From NCBI GenBank assembly GCA_964544135.1, contig CAZJAS010000002.1, forward strand, positions 54,623-118,622: a DNA stretch of 64,000 nt, read 5' to 3'. The notes under the pieces were generated by a model that worked only from the letters and a program-made list of their open reading frames with translations, was not told where the DNA came from and searched no databases. Position 1 is the first letter of the stretch; the number at the start of each line of letters is the position of its first letter. The position numbers were made by a program, and so were the translations under genes. This stretch comes from an uncultured Clostridium sp. (lineage in GTDB: Bacteria; Bacillota; Clostridia; Lachnospirales; Lachnospiraceae). This document shows, piece by piece, positions 58,863-64,000 of the stretch.

Positions 58863-60356
58863 TTAAGCATCCGGTACTTTTTTAACAGCCTTAGATTTGA
58901 ATTTCTCCAATTCTCTTTTTGCCTGCGGCAAGGCGATATTGGTTCCCGCTCCGGCAATACAGCCTCCGGGGCATGCCATGCCTTCGATCAGACAACCGTT
59001 CTTCTTGCCCGCCTTTGCCAAAAGCAGCATCTTTTTACATTCGGTAAGGCTTTCCGCATGCTCAATATGCACTTCCGTGCCCGGATAATATTCTTTGATA
59101 CAATCTTCTATGGCGCTTGCAACTCCGCCTGCAATACCGTATCCACGCCCTGCAGCCGTGGCATCCTGCATTTCATCCATCTCTTTTATTTCATCCAGTA
59201 AAATTCCCTTTGCCTCAAACATACCGGTTAATTCTTCAAAAGTAATTACAAAATCCACATCCGAACGTACCGTTTTACGGGAAGCCTCCAATTTTTTAGA
59301 GGCACAGGGACCGATAAAAACCACACTGGCATCGGGATGCTCTTTCTTGATAATCCTTGCGGTCGCTACCATAGGTGTCAATTCATTACTGATTTTATCT
59401 ATGGTTTCGGGAAACATATTTTTTGCCATAACAGACCAAGCCGGACAACAAGAGGTAAGAGAAAAGGCTTGATTTCCGCTGGCCACTTCCTTTACATAAT
59501 GCTCTGCTTCCGCCATACAGCCTAAATCCGCACCGAGTGCCGTTTCATATACATCCGCAAACCCCAATTCCTTTAACATGGTCTTAAATATTTCCGGTGT
59601 AACCGCCGGACCGAACTGACCTACAAAGGAAGGAGCTACCTGTGCAATGATTTTCCTTCCGGACTGCATGGAACGAATCAGCTGAAAAATCTGAGATTTA
59701 TCCGCAATAGCACCGAAAGGACAGCTTACCATACACTGCCCGCAGGAAACACAGGTTTCGTTGTCTATGGTTGCCCTATTATGCATATCATTTTTAATGG
59801 CATTGACACCGCAGGCCTTTGCACATGGTCTTTCTCTATGAGTAACCGCATCATACGGACAAATATCCTTGCATTTTCCGCATTTAATACACTTTTCCTG
59901 ATTGATTAAGGATTTGCCGTTAACCATGGTTACCGCTCCCACAGGACATACTTCACGGCAGGGATGTGCCACACAGCCCATACAGGTATTGGTTACTTCA
60001 TAACGATTTTCAGGGCAGGCATTACAAGCCGACGGAATCACCTGCATCAGGGGCGGTTCATAATATTTTTCATCTATATTGCTTTCTTCCAGTCCCTGTG
60101 TCAAATGTCCCGGTCTCTCTCTGTCTTCCGGTCTTAATGACATACCCATGGCAAGACGGATTCGTTCTCTGATAATCGCTCTGTCCCGATATACGCCGTC
60201 CCAGTATACCGACTCATCATAGTCCACTATTTTATATGGCAATGCCTCCATATCATCTTTTAAATTGGTTGAATTGTAGGCAAGTTTTGCTACCTCTGTA
60301 AATACCCTTCTTCTGCGTTGCCTGACCGGAGTATCAATACCTCTCATGCTGCTCAT
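58863..60356 (-). CDS. monomeric [FeFe]-hydrogenase (group B-like) with multiple 4Fe-4S domains
   Basis: Complete H-cluster motifs TSCCPAW, GPCASKKLE, EGMACPGGCIAGAG, plus several CxxCxxCxxxCP ferredoxin clusters. Confidence 0.75.
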   Translation of the reverse strand: MSSMRGIDTPVRQRRRRVFTEVAKLAYNSTNLKDDMEALPYKIVDYDESVYWDGVYRDRAIIRERIRLAMGMSLRPEDRERPGHLTQGLEESNIDEKYYEPPLMQVIPSACNACPENRYEVTNTCMGCVAHPCREVCPVGAVTMVNGKSLINQEKCIKCGKCKDICPYDAVTHRERPCAKACGVNAIKNDMHNRATIDNETCVSCGQCMVSCPFGAIADKSQIFQLIRSMQSGRKIIAQVAPSFVGQFGPAVTPEIFKTMLKELGFADVYETALGADLGCMAEAEHYVKEVASGNQAFSLTSCCPAWSVMAKNMFPETIDKISNELTPMVATARIIKKEHPDASVVFIGPCASKKLEASRKTVRSDVDFVITFEELTGMFEAKGILLDEIKEMDEMQDATAAGRGYGIAGGVASAIEDCIKEYYPGTEVHIEHAESLTECKKMLLLAKAGKKNGCLIEGMACPGGCIAGAGTNIALPQAKRELEKFKSKAVKKVPDA

Positions 60357-60371
60357 TTTAATTCCTCCTGC

Positions 60372-60432
60372 AAAAATAAAATCCCTGTTGTTTATGATTC
60401 ATACTATTTTAGTAAACCATAAACTCACAGGG
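60372..60432 (-). terminator. intrinsic terminator downstream of feoB
   Basis: ccctgt/acaggg outer and gtttatg/cataaac inner stems, T-rich tract on the minus strand. Confidence 0.5.
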
Positions 60433-60470
60433 AAATCAAGCATATTGTTAAAAAAATATCAGGTGAACTT

Positions 60471-62474
60471 TTAACCCATAAAAAGACTTCCGATCTGAAA
60501 TACCAGTACGGACGCAGCCCAAGCCAGTATTACCTGGAATGCCATAAGTCCCATCGTAAATTTAAGAGAACCGCTTTCTTTCTTTATGGTAGCCATAGCT
60601 GCGATACAAGGTATATATAAAAGACAAAACAACATAAGACAGTAGGCATTTAAAGGTCCAAAGGCAGGATTTGCCGCCTGTACATTCGCCATAATAGTCT
60701 CCATACCGGCAGCGGAGTTCGCATTTGCCACACCAAAAAGCACGGAAAAACTGCTTACTACCACTTCCTTTGCGGAGATACCTGCTATGAGTGCTACCGC
60801 AATCTGCCACATTCCCAATCCCGCCGGTGCCAAAATCGGTACAAGTAATCTTCCGATCACCGCACCAAAGCTGTCAGTGGGAGTCTCCACCATTCCTTTC
60901 AAACCAAAATTTAAAATAAACCATATTATGATGGAAGCAATAAATATAGTGGTTCCCGCTTTACTGATATAATCCCTCAGCTTCTTCCATACATAGATAC
61001 GCACCGTTCTGGCATTGGGTCTTTTATACTCCGGAAGCTCAATCAGTAGAGAGTCATTTTCCTTTCCTTTTTCAGCCCGGTTTATTACAAGTGCTGTCAT
61101 GATTGCTACCACCATACCAATGATATAAAAGGAAAATGCTACCAAACCTGCATGGTCGGGAAAAAACATATCTGAAAATATGACATAAATAGGCAATCTG
61201 GCAGAGCAAGACATAAAGGGCGTAATAATCATTGTTTTTCTTCTGTCTTGTTCCGTTTCTAACGTCCTTGCTGCCATAATAGCAGGCACCGTACAACCAA
61301 AGCCCAGTATCATAGGCAGAAACGCCTTACCCGATAAACCAACCTTGCCCATAATAGAGTCCATTACATAAGCAACTCTGGACATATAACCGCTATCCTC
61401 TAAAATGGCAAGTGCCAAAAAGAGAATGAATATATTGGGAATAAATGTAAGTATCCCCCCTACTCCCGCTATAATACCATCTACAATAAGAGAAATCAGC
61501 CAGTCTGCCGTACCGATACCCTGAAGTAAATCTAAGGAAGCTACGGATAATAAATTCAAGGCCGATTCAAATACGCCTTTTAACATATCTCCCACTGCAA
61601 ATGTGAGAAAAAATACCAATCCCATAATAAATAGGAACACAGGAAGCCCCAACCACCGGCTTGTCAGTATTTTATCCACCTTATCCGTGGCTACTTCCTT
61701 TCTGTCTTTATGAAACAGAACCTCCTTTACCACAGATTCTATATAGGTATATTTACAACTGATAATATCCTTTTCATAACTCTTATCCACAATATTAGTG
61801 ATTTGAATGGGATGCTCTTTTAAAACCTCCTCATCCTCCACTAAAAGCTTGATAGCATGCCATCTGCAGGAAGAATGGGTGGGATAATGTGCCTGCATCA
61901 TAACTTCCAGCTTTTCAATCTTATTTTCTATTTCCCTTGGATACTGTAGAATATATTCCGCATTTTTCCCTTCCTCATAATGATGAATCACTGCATGAAG
62001 CAAAATATCAAGTCCCGTTCTTTTAGCCGCAGAAACAGGCACTACCGGAATATCTCCTAACATTTCCGGCAGGCGATGGAGGTCTATTTCCATTCCCCTC
62101 TCCTTGATAATATCCATCATATTCAGGGCCAACACTACCGGCTTGCCCAATTCCAAAAGCTGTAAAGTCAGGTATAGGTTTCTCTCCATGCTGGAGGCAT
62201 CTACAATATTGATAATGACATCAATCTCATCATCCATTACACATTTTCTTGTGACTTTTTCTTCCATCGTGTAGCTGCTCAAGGAATAAATACCCGGTGT
62301 GTCCACCAAAGTAATATTCATTCCCTCATATGAGGTTTGCCCTTCCACCTTCTCTACGGTCACACCGGGCCAGTTTGCAACCTTAAGCCTGGATCCGGTT
62401 AAAGCGTTAAATAGTGTGGTCTTTCCGCTGTTTGGATTTCCCACACAGGCAACACGAATACTCTTTTCACTCAT
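60471..62474 (-). CDS. feoB: ferrous iron transport protein B
   Basis: N-terminal G-domain GNPNSGKTT, DTPG, polytopic C-terminal permease. ATG at 62474 is 9 nt after GGAGG. Confidence 0.9.
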   Translation of the reverse strand: MSEKSIRVACVGNPNSGKTTLFNALTGSRLKVANWPGVTVEKVEGQTSYEGMNITLVDTPGIYSLSSYTMEEKVTRKCVMDDEIDVIINIVDASSMERNLYLTLQLLELGKPVVLALNMMDIIKERGMEIDLHRLPEMLGDIPVVPVSAAKRTGLDILLHAVIHHYEEGKNAEYILQYPREIENKIEKLEVMMQAHYPTHSSCRWHAIKLLVEDEEVLKEHPIQITNIVDKSYEKDIISCKYTYIESVVKEVLFHKDRKEVATDKVDKILTSRWLGLPVFLFIMGLVFFLTFAVGDMLKGVFESALNLLSVASLDLLQGIGTADWLISLIVDGIIAGVGGILTFIPNIFILFLALAILEDSGYMSRVAYVMDSIMGKVGLSGKAFLPMILGFGCTVPAIMAARTLETEQDRRKTMIITPFMSCSARLPIYVIFSDMFFPDHAGLVAFSFYIIGMVVAIMTALVINRAEKGKENDSLLIELPEYKRPNARTVRIYVWKKLRDYISKAGTTIFIASIIIWFILNFGLKGMVETPTDSFGAVIGRLLVPILAPAGLGMWQIAVALIAGISAKEVVVSSFSVLFGVANANSAAGMETIMANVQAANPAFGPLNAYCLMLFCLLYIPCIAAMATIKKESGSLKFTMGLMAFQVILAWAASVLVFQIGSLFMG

Positions 62475-62700
62475 GATCATGATCCTCCATGACTTCTATA
62501 TTGGAGGAAAGGTGTTTCCCCAGCGCAAGTCTCGTACCTCTGACTTTAATAATCAGCGCCCCTCTTTTTTTTCTGTTGAGCACCTTAATCCTTGTACCGT
62601 CATTCAGTCCAAGCGCCTGCAAACGTCTGGTTACCGCTTCTTCCACATATAAACCCTTTATGGTATATTCTTTGTCTTTTTTCGCCTCGTATAAAGTCAT
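62467..62700 (-). CDS. feoA: ferrous iron transport protein A
   Basis: Small SH3-like FeoA (RRLQALGLNDGTRIKVLNRK). ATG at 62700 preceded by GGAGG; overlaps feoB start. Confidence 0.8.
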   Translation of the reverse strand: MTLYEAKKDKEYTIKGLYVEEAVTRRLQALGLNDGTRIKVLNRKKRGALIIKVRGTRLALGKHLSSNIEVMEDHDHE

Positions 62701-62725
62701 GTTAACGCCTCCATTTACAGTAAAA

Positions 62726-62754
62726 ATTATATGCTGTTCGTCATGGCTTGTCAA
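62726..62754 (-). promoter_or_regulatory. consensus sigma-A promoter of feoAB
   Basis: TTGACA-17 nt-TATAAT read on the minus strand, about 25 nt upstream of the feoA ATG. Confidence 0.65.
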
Positions 62755-62861
62755 GGTCATATGTAACTAACCGATAGTTTCATCGTTTGGGGTAACGGAC
62801 CGGAAACCACCACATATAATACTATAAAAATAATCTACAAATTTTATGAAAGGAAACATTT

Positions 62862-63032
62862 ATGCAAGACTATACTTTTGATGAATATATTGACCGTTAT
62901 CCGGTTGCTATGGCTTATGTTCCCTGGCAGCATCTTACAAATATATATGAGAATTTAGAAGATGCTTTTTATACAGGCACCATATTCCCTGAACTTAACA
63001 AACCTTTCACCGGAAGGAGGGTGGTTTCATGA
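62862..63032 (+). CDS. cotJA: spore coat-associated protein CotJA (56 aa, below the track's length cutoff)
   Basis: MQDYTFDEYIDRYPVAMAYVPWQ...LEDAFYTGTIFPELNKPF matches the CotJA pattern; ATGA overlap with cotJB. Confidence 0.75.
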   Translation: MQDYTFDEYIDRYPVAMAYVPWQHLTNIYENLEDAFYTGTIFPELNKPFTGRRVVS

Positions 63033-63310
63033 ACGGAAAACTTTCGGAAAAGGATCGCATGCTGAAGGATATCAGTATCATTGATTTTACCCTTGTGGAT
63101 TTAATTGAATATTTAGACACCCACCCATGTGATAAAAAGGCTATGGAATTTTTTAACCACTATGCCCATATTAAAAACCAAATGATGCAGGATTTTGCTG
63201 CACGCTATTATCCGTTAACTGCGGAACTTTCTGATGATACGAGAGAATGGAGCTGGGTGCTTTCACCCATGCCGTGGGAATATTCTGCTAATGAAGGAGG
63301 TTGTCGATAA
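63029..63310 (+). CDS. cotJB: spore coat protein CotJB
   Basis: IIDFTLVDLIEYLDTHPCDKKAMEFFNHY... typical CotJB; TAATG overlap with cotJC. Confidence 0.8.
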   Translation: MNGKLSEKDRMLKDISIIDFTLVDLIEYLDTHPCDKKAMEFFNHYAHIKNQMMQDFAARYYPLTAELSDDTREWSWVLSPMPWEYSANEGGCR

Positions 63311-63957
63311 TGTGGAAATATGAAAAAAGATTACAATTTCCTGTTAATATAAAGGAACCCAATGCTAAGCTGGCACAAAGTATTATGTCTCAATACGGCG
63401 GACCTGACGGAGAAATGGGCGCAAGTATGCGCTATTTATCCCAGCGTTATGCCACACCCTACAGAGAAGTAGCAGGACTGCTTACCGATATCGGTACAGA
63501 AGAACTGGCCCATCTTGAAATGGTTGCCACCATTGTACACCAACTCACCAGAAATCTTTCTATGGAAGAAATTGAAAAAAGCGGCTTCGCACCCTACTAT
63601 ACCGACCATACCGTAGGCATTTGGCCCCAGGCTGCAGGCGGCATACCTTTTAATGCTTGCGAATTCCAAAGTAAGGGCGATATCATAACGGATTTATTTG
63701 AAGATATGGCTGCGGAACAAAAAGCCCGCTCGACTTATGACAATATTCTGCGTCTGGTTAGAGATGTGCCGGATGTTTGTGAGCCTATTAAATTCTTACG
63801 TGCCAGAGAGATTGTTCATTTCCAGCGTTTCGGTGAAGCACTCCGCATTACACAGGATAAATTGGATTCTAAAAACTTCTATGCCTTTAACCCCGGATTT
63901 GATACCGTTCAGGGTGGTATGGACTGTAATAAGAAATGTAACTGTGGAAACAGGTAA
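63310..63957 (+). CDS. cotJC: spore coat protein CotJC (manganese catalase family)
   Basis: MWKYEKRLQFPV...GGPDGEMGASMRYLSQRY...EELAHLEMV di-metal ligand pattern. Confidence 0.85.
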   Translation: MWKYEKRLQFPVNIKEPNAKLAQSIMSQYGGPDGEMGASMRYLSQRYATPYREVAGLLTDIGTEELAHLEMVATIVHQLTRNLSMEEIEKSGFAPYYTDHTVGIWPQAAGGIPFNACEFQSKGDIITDLFEDMAAEQKARSTYDNILRLVRDVPDVCEPIKFLRAREIVHFQRFGEALRITQDKLDSKNFYAFNPGFDTVQGGMDCNKKCNCGNR

Positions 63958-64000
63958 GTCATTTCTTTATTCTTTTATATATAAATATTATAACACCGTC

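Noticed and set aside
62790-62861. Sporulation-type promoter (CATATAATA resembling a sigma-K/sigma-E -10 element) upstream of cotJA
   Set aside because: The match rests on a short AT-rich motif with an unconvincing -35 region. It is plausible biologically, since cotJ is mother-cell expressed in Bacillus, but not supportable from sequence alone.
1-64000. Mobile elements, prophage, CRISPR, rRNA
   Set aside because: I found no transposase, integrase or recombinase-like ORFs, no inverted terminal repeats, no spacer-repeat arrays and no rRNA-like sequence when reading both strands.

Overview
Gene-dense 64-kb chromosomal segment with about 60 protein genes and one tRNA-Thr. There is no rRNA, CRISPR array, transposase, integrase or phage gene. 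Gene content points to a low-GC, spore-forming, chemotactic anaerobic Firmicute (Clostridia); a Lachnospiraceae-like origin is only my inference. Most of the window is housekeeping. That includes envelope and spore genes (pdaA-like deacetylase, lgt, L,D-transpeptidase, VanY-like peptidase, cotJABC) and amino-acid biosynthesis (argH, asd, serA-serC, aroC). It also includes a leuB/ilvD/ilvB operon with iorAB and a PaaK-like ligase inserted, glycogen genes (glgB, a GlgX-like gene), topB, a UvrD-like helicase, gltX, tgt-yajC, potABCD, feoAB and mscS. I see no clear mobile or defence island. The items most worth a second look: (1) a roughly 145-aa protein that is about one-fifth cysteine, built on C-D-R-D repeats, in an apparent operon with a DUF5662-like gene and a GlgX homologue lacking GH13 catalytic residues; (2) a CheX-type phosphatase carrying tandem MshEN-like (c-di-GMP receptor) motifs, next to cheY; (3) a sensory-type [FeFe]-hydrogenase-like domain fused to an MCP signalling domain, with its N-terminal ferredoxin module out of frame; (4) the uncharacterised GGGtGRT plus NifU-like gene pair; (5) iorAB and the acyl-CoA ligase inside the branched-chain amino-acid operon. 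All family assignments come from motif recognition by eye; no searches were run.
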